Shown here piece after piece: positions 11,897-25,100 of a stretch of 64,000 bases of DNA. Position 1 is the first letter of the stretch, and each line of letters opens with the position of its first letter. The position numbers were made by a program, and so were the translations under genes. Source of the stretch: Lingula anatina (taxonomy: Eukaryota; Animalia; Brachiopoda). The notes beneath the pieces were generated by a model. It did no database searches. It was not told the origin of the DNA and worked only from the letters and a program-made list of their open reading frames with translations. The DNA is taken from positions 20,208,587 through 20,272,586 of the forward strand of contig CM120648.1 in assembly GCA_051362555.1 (NCBI GenBank), read 5' to 3'.

Positions 11897-12889
11897 TGTT
11901 TCACTTACCGGAAGATATCATAGCCAGGGTCAAGAGACAGGAGAGAATAATAACTGCAGTGACTTTCATCTTTATCTGATATTCAGAGTGCTGCATATGG
12001 AAACGTGGTACAAGATAAAATACACATCAACGTTTGCGTTACAGGCGACAGATGCAAACGGATTAAAAAAAAATGCTGGTGCACCTTAATGTAGTTTTCA
12101 TGTCTCCATACTGGTATATATTTGTCATTTGTTGGGAAGTTAGCTTCAGTATAGAAGGTCTTGTATTGTAAATGTTTCTGTGGTCCTCCAATATCTACTG
12201 CATGTTGGCATAGTTGTGACACTACATTTTCAGTTGACTTTCACGGTCCACATTTCAGTCCGCTAAAAAACTGGTTTTATTATTACAATGTGACTGTACC
12301 AATTTTGACACACAGCCCCTTACACCAAAAACCATTTGGTCAAGAAACAATCACTTTAAAAGGGAATATCAGTGAACAGTTCCACAGATTATCTATATTC
12401 CATAAACTCTATACTTATCTGGTGGCCAGCATGAAGAATGAATGTAATTTATAACGACAACAAAGATTACTGACACTGAGATGAAAACCACTAAGTACCT
12501 GCATCAAAAATAATATAAATTTGATCATACATACATATATATATATATACAGACTTGACATTTAATATGGAATATTTTTTTCCAAATCATTTTTCATCAG
12601 TTTTTTCCTATTTTGCTGACTGATAAATGAAAATACGGATTAAAATCGTGTTTTAATAACTTTTAATTAACTCTTTGATGTCATTGTGACATCAGTTCAT
12701 TAATGGAATTCGCCAGAGAAGCAAACAAAAACAAAAACAAAAACAAAAAAATAGAAACATGCCTATTCTATGTCATACAACAACAATTAAAAGAGATATT
12801 TTGGATCTCCATATTTTCCAAATTATTTTCTGTAAAAGAGTTACACGCATCACAAAGAACCTCCATGTCAGTGTCTAGTCACAGTAACG

Positions 12890-13980
12890 GTCGCTGTTAC
12901 GCTTGACCTCTTCTGTTTGCTACCAGCGCTCTCAAGTGGTAAGGCATTCCTTGGGTTAGGTTTATAGAGTTCAATCTGGAATAACATTCCAGACATCGGT
13001 CAAAATCTGTCCAATTTGGTCCAGTTTTGTTGTAGGACATGTAGGCCATTGATTCGGCGAGTAATGGCCTACCCACATATTGTCTATGTGGTTCAAGTAT
13101 GGCGATTTTGATTATCAAGGTAGCTGCTCATTCCCTTGGTTCTGTAAGTAATCTGCTATTAAAAGTGCTATGTGTGTACCGGGAATTTCACCGTGCAACC
13201 TAAAATTGTTCCTAAGGTGCCCCCTATCAAATGATAGTCAAGTGGTTCTCAGATTATTCATTTATTTGATCTGGTTCAGGTTTTCATGGATGACCATCAT
13301 TGGTGTTTTGGCACCAATGTGGTATCCACTTCAATTACTGACGCTGTTAATGACCTTAGTCACTTTAGACGCGGCACACGCTTCGTCGTTGGCCTCTTCT
13401 GGATGTCTGTAAACTCTGTTTTGACTGGTTGAGCGGTACAGGTAAAAGCTGACCTCAATAAAGAAAGTCACGAGGTTTCAGTGTTCAACTCAGAAACGAT
13501 CAGGGTCCCCAATTCATTAGAGAAACATACAACGATGTTTTGCTGTTTACAGTGGGTTCCTCGGAGGTCGTCTGGTATTCTAACCAGCTAAACCAGTTTG
13601 GTGTTCGCTAAGGGCCTTGAAAAATGCGTTTTGGTGTCTATTTACCCCTCATTCTGAACGGACTGGGCGTTTTTTTGTTTAGTTGCAATAGCATATCCCG
13701 ACAGACAATGGGTCCTGTACACTGGTGGTAAGATTTCAATACATTGGTTGTGGCTTCTGTGTAGGTACATCAAACTGGGCATTACTCTATAAAACTGTGC
13801 GGACCGTTTCGTTTGGCGCAATTATCTGTCCGGCAATGTCTGTCTTTTTCGCGCCATTCTGCCTCAGGTTAACAAATATGCAGAGCAATGCATAGCTCAT
13901 TTTACACCTTGCAAAACCGACCACTCGCATGCAAAATTTCAAATTTTTCTATGCAGTAGTTGCCGACATATGGATACTTA
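12890..13980 (-). pseudogene. Degenerate Tc1/mariner transposase
   Basis: Minus-strand fragments read IADYLQNQGNEQLP**SKSPYLNHIDNMW (cf. WPxxSPDLNPIENxW), GAKTPMMVIHENLN, VCFSNE (cf. FSDES) and C-terminal GMPYHLRALVANRRGQA (cf. SMxRRxxAVIxAxGG). Many stops and frameshifts; TIRs not located. Confidence 0.65.
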
Positions 13981-14442
13981 TTTGACAGAACCATGCTTTG
14001 CCAAAGCCAAGCTTTGACCTGCCCAAAAGAGCACTACCCAATTAAATCACTGCATATTACATAATGCAGCAGCGCAACAAACCTGGTATTCAGTTAATTG
14101 GAAGCGACACACCTGACTACACACTTCTCCATTCACATATCTTATATGAGATCGGAGTTTCTGAAAACCTACATATTTTCAGTTGAACACATTTGCTATT
14201 ATATATCTTCATGACGCTATAAAATAACTGAATCTGATTTGCATCTCTTAAATAAAGATGTTTAAATTTAAGAGGGTTGATTTTTGTTTCAAAATAAATA
14301 GTTCCTGTTTTTATCACTCTTACATATTTCAATGTTAGAGTAATAAAAATGAAAAACTTTAGAGGAAAATTCTTCTAGGCCTGTTGTCCAATTCATCCCG
14401 TTGAATATTTCAGTCTATGTATAGATTATTGCTCATAAGGTC

Positions 14443-14760
14443 TGGTGAGTATATAACATTACAGGCACGTGTTGGAGACAAAGATTACAATACTGATGGC
14501 CATGCAAGGGATGGGACGCAAACTAACACACACAACAACACACAATAACACACAACTCGAAAGCATCGCGAAATTGCGACAGCATGCAAGTATAGCGATC
14601 GATCGCTATTTGCGACGGCGATTGTACTCACCTGCCAACTCAAACCCCTATCAAACACAACGCGATTATAGCCTCGAACGCTACTAAAATTCGATTGCCA
14701 CATAAAGTGAAGACGCCATAACGTAAATACACACATTGTAATTTTATTTCAGTATGGTGC
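14443..14760 (+). repeat. Dispersed repeat, inverted homolog of 59170-59385
   Basis: Shared blocks (GGTGAGTA...AACTCGAAA...GGCGATT...CACCTG...TTCGATTGCC...AAGTG.AGACG) match the reverse complement of 59170-59385. Family unknown. Confidence 0.6.
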
Positions 14761-17269
14761 TAACCAAGATAATTTATAAGAATATCACAATTACAAGTAC
14801 CGATGTTTAAAATGTTTGACACCAATAAAATATCAATAAGCAAAGGGCACGTTTTTGGACTGATACAATTATTGATACATTGGTGAGTAGTGTTCAGTCT
14901 CAACATCACAGACACTGAGAAAGGTCTATAGTTACAAAGTAAAGTTCATATTCAAGGTTTAAGCATGATACACTTACACAAACTGATAAAAACATATATA
15001 CCAGAAAGCACTCCACCATTGTGTTGAGATAGATAAAAACACCTTTGAACTTGGCTGGCTTTTAGTTGTCAGTTTATTTAAAATTGCCGATACATGTTGT
15101 GGAATAGCCAATTAGCCAATAAGCAGACAAGACAATGAGCACACATACACTCAATGTTACAAATACAAATAAAGTTTAAAACAGTAATTCTGATAAACAT
15201 AAATTAAAGCAAACTTAAGCACTTACATAACTGTGGAGTCTATAAAGTCATAGCAGGAGAGCCATGTCCTTCTCCTTTCAGAGTCAAGTAGCAGTGTGTG
15301 ATGTGCAGTAGGTCCAAAAATATCCATTGTCAAAAATTTAGGACATTTAACTGCACCTTGATAATATTAATATATCTATATAATTAAACATTGCAAGTCA
15401 TAGGTGTTTTATGGAATCTATGCATTATTTTGTAAAACAATATGTCAACAGCATGATCCCTTACAAAACATCTACATTTTGTGCAGTAACGTATGTGCTC
15501 GTATACAGGGTAATATGTATTTAAATAACATGTCTTTGTGGAACATTTCATATCTGTACTTGAGATTAGATAAGATATAGTATTGTAATTTAATTACTGT
15601 ATACTGCCTTGACTGCAAGTTCGGCATTTATAAATGAAGGTATATATACTAGCTCTTCATTTCGTGATAATAAATTTGTACTTTAAGTTGTGCACAACGG
15701 AGACGCCTTAAATAAACATAATCCCTTACTTGGTTGCGCATTCACTCACGGAATCTGAGTTTATTTATTTACTTTTTATGTAAGTTTCTACATGAAATGA
15801 ATATACTTCTACTTGGTTTTTACACCACGTGATTTACCAGAGGTTTACACCAGGTTTACTGGAAGAGCTCATCATAAAAAGGAACCTATACAAACAGTTA
15901 TTTTCACTTCAATAGTATACACCCAAGGAAAAAAAACAGATATACCTCTATATAAAAGTACTCTACATGTAATAAAATTATAAAGACGACCTTTGCACCT
16001 TAGCAAAAACCACTGTTTATACTGATAAAACCACATACTGTTGTAGGGGTAACTGTATTCATGTATTTGTCTTGTCACATTATCACTGGCATTAAAAATA
16101 ATGTCACATATATAAATACATATAAAAGAATGTTTTTATTTCAATAATAACCCTGTGATTATTATCAGAAACATTTTCAGTCCCTCTGTACAGTTCTATA
16201 TATATCATGCAAACACATAAACATTATGGCATTACTGTCCTGTACAATGGTATGTCAAGGACAATCAATAATGTCCGATGCTTGTATTTTGCAACTTGAA
16301 TTCATACGGTCAAAAAAAAAAAAAAAAAAAAAACATGCATGGTAAGGTTACTCCTTTACATTCATATCTTACTTATAGCACTTTACATTACTTGACCGTG
16401 GATATCTACATTGTTCCCTTTACTGATTTAATTATCATACATAAAAACATGAAGTTCGAGGCATGTATTTTGCTACTTAAATTCAAATCGTCAGATAAAC
16501 TTGCAAAATCTTATAAGGATAATCTTGTTCCAGTTGGTTCAGCTACATACATAGGAAGTTAAGCTTCTCTACATTCATATCGTGCTTACAGTACTCTACA
16601 CTACCGGCTCGTGGATATATACATTGTTCTGCTTTAATTACTTTACATAAAAACAATCCCTCAAGAAATGCACGCTATCAACACAATATAAATATATGCG
16701 GTTACATAGGCTTACTTGCATAACTGACAAGTTTCAGAATGATAGTATCATATAAATACTCTCAGAAATACTTAAATATATCTAACTAGACGCTGCTCTG
16801 AAATCTAAGCTATGCGTTATATTACAATTGCCATGAAAAGTATATTAACACACACACATATTCATGTGACCAACATACATATACAGCAATAGTTAATTCC
16901 AATATTTACATTTTTCACTTTCATATATTTATTTTGCAAGTTGCTAAATACCCTTCTCTTGGGTCATAAAAGGGGGCATATAATGCTACTAGCTATTTGC
17001 TTCTTTCTACATAAATCCTGTTAAAATAATATACAGCACGTACTTACCGTTGTCTTAGGTGATCAAAACTGCAAAATATATACAACATGCAATATGATCG
17101 GCGTGTATTATCGTTTCCCTTCTTTATTTAACAACAACCGGTCTTTTTGTACATGGAGTGTTCCATATTGACGATGCAAACAGGTCGTGGACGTTTTACC
17201 CTGAACTACACAAACACACACATACTTACATATACACGCATGCACATAGCCAAATACACTGATATAGTT

Positions 17270-20200
17270 TTATTTTCAGGATGCTTTTGATCTGCCCTCA
17301 CTGCAATGTGTTGAAATCATTTTATCTTCAGGATACTCCGATCTGCCCTCACTGCAATGTGTTGAAATCATTTTATCTTCAGGATACTCCGATCTGCCCT
17401 CACTGCAATGTGTTGAAATACTTTTATCTTCAGGATACTCCGATCTGCCCTCACTGCAATGTGTTGAAATCATTTTATCTTCAAGATACTCTGATCTGCC
17501 CTCACTGAAATGTGTTGAAATCATTTTATCTTCAGGATACTCCGATCTGCCCTCACTACAATGTGTTGAAATAATTTTATCTTCAGGATACTCCGATCTG
17601 CCCTTAATGCAATGTGTTGGTATTATTTTATCTTCGGGATGCTTCTGATCTGGTCCCACTGCAGTGTGATGATATTGTTTAATCTTCAGAATGCTTATGA
17701 TCTGGTTTTACTTTCATTGTGTTGATTTCATTTTATCTTCAGAATGCTTCTGATCTAGCTTCACTTTCACTGTGTTTGTATCATTTTATCTTCGGAATGC
17801 TTCTGATCTGCTCTCACTGCAATGTGTTGATATCCTTTTTTTTTCAGTTTGCTTCTGATCTGGTCACACTGCAGTGTGTTGATATTGTTTAATCTTCGGA
17901 ATGCTTCTGATCTGGTCTCACTGCGTTGTGTTGATATCCTTTTATCTTCAGGATGCTTTGGATCTAATTTGACTGCAATTAAAATGTGTTGATAATATTC
18001 TATCATCAGGATGCTTCTGATCCGAACTTACTGCATTGTGTTGGTATCCTTTTATCTTCATAATGCTTCTGATATGGTCTCACTGCGTTGTGTTGATATA
18101 CTTTTATCTTCAGGATGCTTTGGATCTAATTTGACTGCAATTAAAATGTGTTGATAATATTCTAACATCAGGATGCTTCTGATCCGATCTTACTGCAATG
18201 TTTTGATATCCTTTTATTTTCAGGATTCTTCTGATCTGGTTTCAATATGTGTTGATATTGTTTTATCTTCAGGATTCTTCGGAACCGGTCTCACTGCAAT
18301 GTGTTGACAAAGTTGTATCTCCAGAATACTTCTGAATTGGTTTCACAGCAAGTAGTCCTGATCAGGGATACCAATATCCTTTTATCTACAGAATGCTTCG
18401 GAAGTGGTCTCACTGCATTTTGTTGATATTCTTTTATCTACAGGATGCTTCGAATCTGGTCTCACTGCAATGCGATGATATCCTTTTATATTCAGACTGA
18501 TTATGATCTGGTTTCACTACAATTAAAATGTGTTGATATTATTTTATCTTCATAATAATTCTGATCAGGTTTCTCTGAAGTGTGTTGATATTGTTTTATC
18601 TTCGGGATGCTTCTGATCTGGTCTCACTGCAGTGTGTTGATATTGTTTTATCTCCGGGATGCTTATGATCTTGTCTCACTGCAGTGTGTTGGTATTGTTT
18701 TATCTTCGGGATGCTTCTGATCTGGTCCCACTGCAGTGTGTTGATATTGTTTTATCTTCGGGATGCTTCTGATCTGGTCCCACTGCAGTGTGTTGGTATT
18801 GTTTTATCTTCGGGATGCTTCTGATCTGGTCTCACTGCAGTGTGTTGGTATTGTTTTATCTTCGGGATGCTTCTGATCTGGTCCCACTGCAGTATATTGA
18901 TATTGTTTTATCTTCGGAACTTCTGATCTGGTCTCACTGCACTGTGTTGGTATTGTTTTATCTTCGGAATGCTTCTGATCTGCTCTCACTGCAATGTGTT
19001 GATATCCTTTTTTTTCAGTTTGCTTCTGGTCTGGTTTCACTGCAATGTGTTGATATTGCTTTATCTTCATAATGCTTCTGATCTGGTCTCACTGCGTTGT
19101 GTTGATATCCTTTTTATCTTCAGGATGCTTTGGATCTAATTTGACTGCAATTAAAATGTGTTGATAATATTCTATCCTCAGGATGCTTCTGATCCGAACT
19201 TACTGCATTGTGTTGGTATCCTTTTATCTTCATAATGCTTCTGATCTGGTCTCATTGCGTTGTGTTGATATACTTCTATCTTCAGGATGCTTTGGATCTA
19301 ATTTGACTGCAATTAAAATGTGTTGATAATATTCTAACATCAGGATGCTTCTGATCCGATCTTACTGCAATGTTTTGATATCCTTTTATCTTCAGGATTC
19401 TCCTGATCTGTTTTCAATATGTGTTGATATTGTTTTATCTTCAGGATTCTTCGGAACTGGTCTCACTGCAATGTGTTGACAAAGTTGTATCTCCAGAATA
19501 CTTCTGAATTGGTTTCACAGCAAGTAGTCCTGATCAGGGATACCAATATCCTTTTATCTACAGAATGCTTCGGAAGTGGTCTCACTGCATTTTGTTGATA
19601 TTCTTTTATCTACAGGATGCTTCGAATCTGGTCTCACGGCAATGCGATGATATCCTTTTATATTCAGATTGATTATGATCTGGTTTCACTACAATTAAAA
19701 TGTGTTGATATTATTTTATCTTCATAATAATTCTGATCAGGTTTCTCTGAAGTGTGTTGATATTGTTTTATCTTCGGGATGCTTCTGATCTGGTCTCACT
19801 GCAGTGTGTTGGTATTGTTTTATCTTCGGGATGCTTCTGATCTGGTCTCACTGCAGTGTGTTGATATTGTTTTATCTCCGGGATGCTTCTGATCTGGTTT
19901 CACTGCAGTGTGTTGGTATTGTTTTATCTTCGGGATGCTTCTGATCTTGTCTCACTGCAGTGTGTAGGTATTGTTTTATCTTCGGGATGCTTCTGATCTG
20001 GTCTCACTGCAGTGTGTTGGTATTGTTTTATCTTCGGGATGCTTCTGATCTTGTCTCACTGCAGTGTGTAGGTATTGTTTTATCTTCGGGATGCTTCTGA
20101 TCTGGTCTCACTGCAGTGTGTTGGTATTGTTTTATCTTCGTGATGCTTCTGATCTGGTCTCACTGCAGTGTGTAGGTATTGTTTTATCTTCGGGATGCTT

Positions 20201-21140
20201 CTGATATGGTCTCACTGCAGTGTGTTGGTATTGTTTTATCTTCGGGATGCTTCTGATCTGGTCCCACTGCAGTGTGTTGATATTGTTTTATCTTCGGGAT
20301 GCTTCTGATCTGGTCCCACTGCAGTGTATTGATATTGTTTTATCTTCGGGATGCTTCTGATCTGGTCACACTGCAGTGTGTTGATACTGTTTAATCTTCA
20401 GAATGCTTCTGATCTGGTTTTACTTTCACTGTGTTGATTTCCTTTTATCTTCAGAATGCTTCTGATCTAGTTTCACTTTCATTGTATTGGTATCATTTTA
20501 TCTTCGGAATGCTTCTGATCTGCTCTCACTGCAATGTGTTGATATCCTTTTTTTTCAGTTTGCTTCTGATCTGGTTTCACTGCAGTGTGTTGATATTGTT
20601 TTATCTTCAGGGTACCTCTGATCTTGTCTCACTGCAGTGTGTTGGTATTGTTTTATCTTCGGGATGCTTCTGATCTTGTCTCACTGCAGTGTGTTGGTAT
20701 TGTTTTATCTTCGGGATGCTTCTGATCTGGTTTCACTGCAGTGTGTTGATATTGTTTTATCTCCGGGATGCTTCTGATCTTGTCTCACTGCAGTGTGTTG
20801 GTATTGTTTTATCTTTGGGATGTAGCTTCACACCGAGTAGTCCTGATCAGGGATACCAATATCCTTTTATCAACAGAATGCTTCGGATCTGGTCTCACTG
20901 CATTTTGTTGATATATCCTTTTATCTTCAGACTGATAATGATCTGGTTTCACTGCAATTAAAATGTGTTGATATTTTTTTTATCTTTAGAATAATTCTGA
21001 TCAGGTTTCACTGCAATGTGTTGAAATTGTTTTATCTTCAGAATTCTTCCGGTCTGGTTTTACTGCAGTGTGTTAATTTTATCTTCAGGATGCTTCTGAT
21101 CTGGTCACACTGTAGTGTGTTGGTATCGTTTTTTCTTCAG
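17270..21140. repeat. 51-bp tandem satellite array (roughly 75 monomers) with higher-order duplication
   Basis: Consensus approximately TTTTATCTTCGGGATGCTTCTGATCTGGTCTCACTGCAGTGTGTTGATATT; the 17-aa periodicity in spurious ORFs confirms 51 bp; diagnostic variants recur at 1172-bp spacing. Confidence 0.95.
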
Positions 21141-21616
21141 TATACTTTCACTCTTTTATCAATACAATGTGTCCATAGTGTACTGTGTTACTGTAAATGA
21201 TTTTTTTTTTTTTGCGCCTTTAATATATTCGTATATTTTACTCTGGGGCTTCAATCTCTTCTGTTGTTTCTATAACTGATAGTGACAGGTTATGGATGAA
21301 TTGTTTTTTTTTTTTTTTTAATGTATGCTCAGGGCATCTTAGAGGTGTAATGTAACTGGGTCTTAAAGCTTATTCACAAAATGCGCTGGCACCCCTACTA
21401 TGAAAAACGTTTTTTTTGTCTTTGTTCTTCTATTTTCATGGTCAAATATACAGAAATTCATTGTCCTCTGGTATTATTGGAAAAATTGAAAAAAAATTGG
21501 AAAAAGAAAAGTTGAAAAAAAAAAAAAAAAAAACTGACGTGTTGTTCCCTTTTTAATACATTTGTTATAGAAAATATGTAAACAATTGCCACTGAGATGA
21601 AATTGGTGCCATCCAC

Positions 21617-21812
21617 GACCAGGATTATTTGATGACGAATCTGTTACTATTCTTGACCAGGACTATTGGTGATGAATCCATTGCTATCCCTGACCAGGAC
21701 TATTGATGATGAATCCATTGCTATCCCTGACCAGGACTATTGATGATGAATCTGTTGCTATCCCTGACCAGGACTACTTGATGATGAATCTGTTGCTATC
21801 CTTCAGCGGGAT
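21617..21812 (+). repeat. 37-bp minisatellite, about 5 copies
   Basis: Unit TGACCAGGACTATTGATGATGAATCCATTGCTATCCC. Confidence 0.85.
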
Positions 21813-21983
21813 TATGAGGCATATATGTCAATAAATACACTTCATACAGAAGCACAATAGTGTAACATTGATGAAAAATAAACGGTAGGTATAATGTGCA
21901 TATATCAAAATTTCATGATTTACAGATATTTGTAATGGAGATTTGATACCAGAATAACCGTGTCCCGGACGTTGACTTAGAGC

Positions 21984-22180
21984 TTAGCTTAATATCGATC
22001 TAACTGTGCCCTTGATTGCTGCTCTACAAATCGCACAATTCCTCAAAGCAGGTGCGCACTGGACACAGGAAACAAGATGGCCACAAGGCAGAAACACCAC
22101 GCTAACTTCTTCGTCCATACAGATCTTACAGATGCGCTCTTCTTTCAGTCTTTTGTTTTCCTCAAGCAGGGACTTGGTTT
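21984..22180 (-). CDS. IAP last coding exon: RING finger
   Basis: TTCTAG|AAACC; reads [18 protein letters not shown]...[10 protein letters not shown]...CAICR...TVRSILS*. Confidence 0.93.
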
Positions 22181-25100
22181 CTAGAATACAATTGGTAAGA
22201 CTTACTTCAAACACTGTTGATTAATATATAACGTTAATGTATAAGGGGAGGGACACAAATAAACACGTTTGCTCCTACAACTTTTAATCACTCATCTGTT
22301 AGAATGAGTATTCAGCACCTCTGGCAAAGCATTGCTTCTAATTGTAAATACCGTAAATGATATATTATACCTGGATATGTTACCCTGTAGCAGCAAATTG
22401 TGAGTGTTGATGGTTTTAAAAATGATAATGATGTGCTGCTTAGTAAAAAAATAAATAAATATAAAATACATAATAATACATAAATAAAAGTGATTTATTT
22501 ACAGAAACCTTTGCTGTCTATCTATATGCCTATTTCCTGAGGCATGCAAATTACTCCACGATTACTAAAAGTGCTTTGATACCAGCATTATGAATTTGAT
22601 CTTGATATCAGTTCAATACCATCGGGCTGTATTCTGTTCCTTTTATTTAGTACATTGTTATCCCAATGGCAACCTAACCTAAGCATATATGTATAAGCTT
22701 TTAGCCAATATATAGTCTATAAGAAGCCCCTCAATATTGCTTCAAACCATTTTAATTTTCACAAGTGCGATTTCTGTGCGATTTCAGATATTGCTAAAAG
22801 AAGAATAAATCAATATATACTGAAGGCCATTAACTACACTAACTGTGTCAAATGTTCATAAGTCGTCAGTAAAAAAAGCATAACTCGTTGTTCTTTCAGA
22901 ACAATTATTACTTTCTAACCAATAGGAAGGCTTATGTTGCCGGTGGTAAGATTAATTTGACCTTGTCTGTTTTGAAGAGACGACCTTGATTTCTGAGTAG
23001 GACACATTCAAGTTCTTCTTTCTTTCCTGCAATAGTAACAGTCAACGTCACAAGAGAGTAATTTGACTGCTCCTATTGGCTAGCCTACTCTCACACTCAT
23101 AGAAAAAAGTTCATTCTACATGTTCAAATCAAGATTTATTGACAAGGGATACAAAGTTAATATAAACAACAGTAATATGTTTGGTATATTTGAAGTTTAA
23201 AACACTCCTAATATTTTGCACTCGCCAAAATATATTAGGATGCTCCTTTCTAAACGTATTTTCTTGTCTGTCCTTATTGACTATAACGCATTGTAATTAG
23301 CTACATGGTGAAATGATATTTTGAGACAGATAACATTACACTATTATCATCACCTTAAGGTTTCTAAGCAAATAAGCAACATTGCAGTTGTTATCTATGC
23401 ACGGTACTCTGGATTATAGTAGAAGTAGCTATATGACACACATTAAGTACCCTTTCCCTTTGGGAATGGTATTTAAAACCACCACTAGAGGGACGCTTAG
23501 GCTGCAGGCTCCCGATTGGTCAGCCAGCTCACGTGGCGCATTCAAAATAATTGGCAGTTAGAGCCTGGCAGCGTGTAAGGGCGCTCGAGCCCATTTTGCT
23601 TCAATTAGAATCGGCTTAAGCATAAGCGTCGAAGATTTTTTTTTTGTTTTTTGTCACCCTGACAATGGCTGAAGAATTCCAATCTTGGGTGGAGGCTAAC
23701 GAGCTGTCGGAAGATACGGTAGAATTCTTAAAGGATGCAGGATTCTTCTCACTCAGGAGTTGCAAGAAACTCACAGAGCCACTCATACAAAGACACTTCG
23801 GCGAATCACTACCGCTGGCTCAGATTCTCCTTCTCCAAGACGCTGTGCTTGTCCTACAGCAAGAACATGGTGCTCAGAAACAGAACAATCAGAGTCCAGG
23901 TACGTCTAGAAGTGTGTCTGCTGCAACCTTTACTCCCGAAACTGGTGACAAGAAAACCCAAGACGAGACCCCAGCCATCTTGCCAGGGACATCCGGGACC
24001 CCTAATATGGCGGCTCCCAGCACGCAAATGGAAACAGAAAACACCGGGGACCTCGATTACACCAGGCTATGCCAACTACTGGACATTGGGAACGGGAATG
24101 CGAATCAACCAAACAGAGGTCATCAGAGAGATTATGACGGTAAGGGGATTTTCGATCCTTTTTCAACTCCAGATAGACAAAGAAAACTTAACAAGCATCG
24201 CGACATACGCAGCTATGTAATATTCGCAGACAAATTTGAAGCAAAACCTGATACACCAGTCCGCATTGGCGATTTACAACTTTCCCTCTCCGACAGAAAA
24301 CTCCCTCTGGAGCGCATCACTCCACTTCAATACACAGAAGAGTCGATGAATATATTAAGGGAAATGGTGGCCGACGACGGCACGGACATTCAAACAGTCA
24401 TGGTGTCAGCATCAGTTACTCAACTTCCCTACTTAATGAACTCTGCCAATAGTGAACGCATTCAACACCGTAACTGAGCAGTTTTTGCGTCCAGCTGCTA
24501 TATAAGCTGGACGTTTTCTACAGCGGTATGCAGTGCGGCATCGACACACTCCGACGACCACAGCTTGTAGCAACGACCAGCGGCTCGACAGCAGCGGTTC
24601 TCTCCAGCACCTCACACCGGCCTACGACTCCGCGGTCACCCCGGCGGCTCGACAGCAGCGGTTCTCTCCAGCGCCTCGCACCGGCCTACGACTCCGCGGT
24701 CACCCCGGCAGCTCGACAGCAGCGAATCTCTCCAGCGCCTCGCACCGGCCTACGACTCCGCGGTCACCCCAGCGGCTCGACAGCAGCGGTTCTCTCCAGC
24801 GCCTCGCACCGGCCTACGACTCCGCAGTCACCCCGGCGGCTCGACAGCAGCGTTTCTCTCCAGCGCCTCGCACCGGCCTACGACTCCGCGGTCACCCCGG
24901 CGGCTCGACAGCAGGGGTTCTCTCCAGCGCCTCGCACCGGCCTACAACTCCGCGGTCACCCCAGCAGGTCGACAGCAGCGGTTCTCTCCAGCGCCTCGCA
25001 CCGGGCCAAGACTCGACGGTCACCCCGGCGGCTCGATATCGGTCTACTCGACTCCTGCACCACTCATCTGCCCACGACCCAGCAGTCATCCCGGCGGCTT

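Noticed and set aside
17270-21140. CRISPR-like array or repeat protein (17-aa periodic ORFs)
   Set aside because: Head-to-tail monomers with no unique spacers, no cas genes, eukaryotic context; ORFs break wherever monomer length varies.
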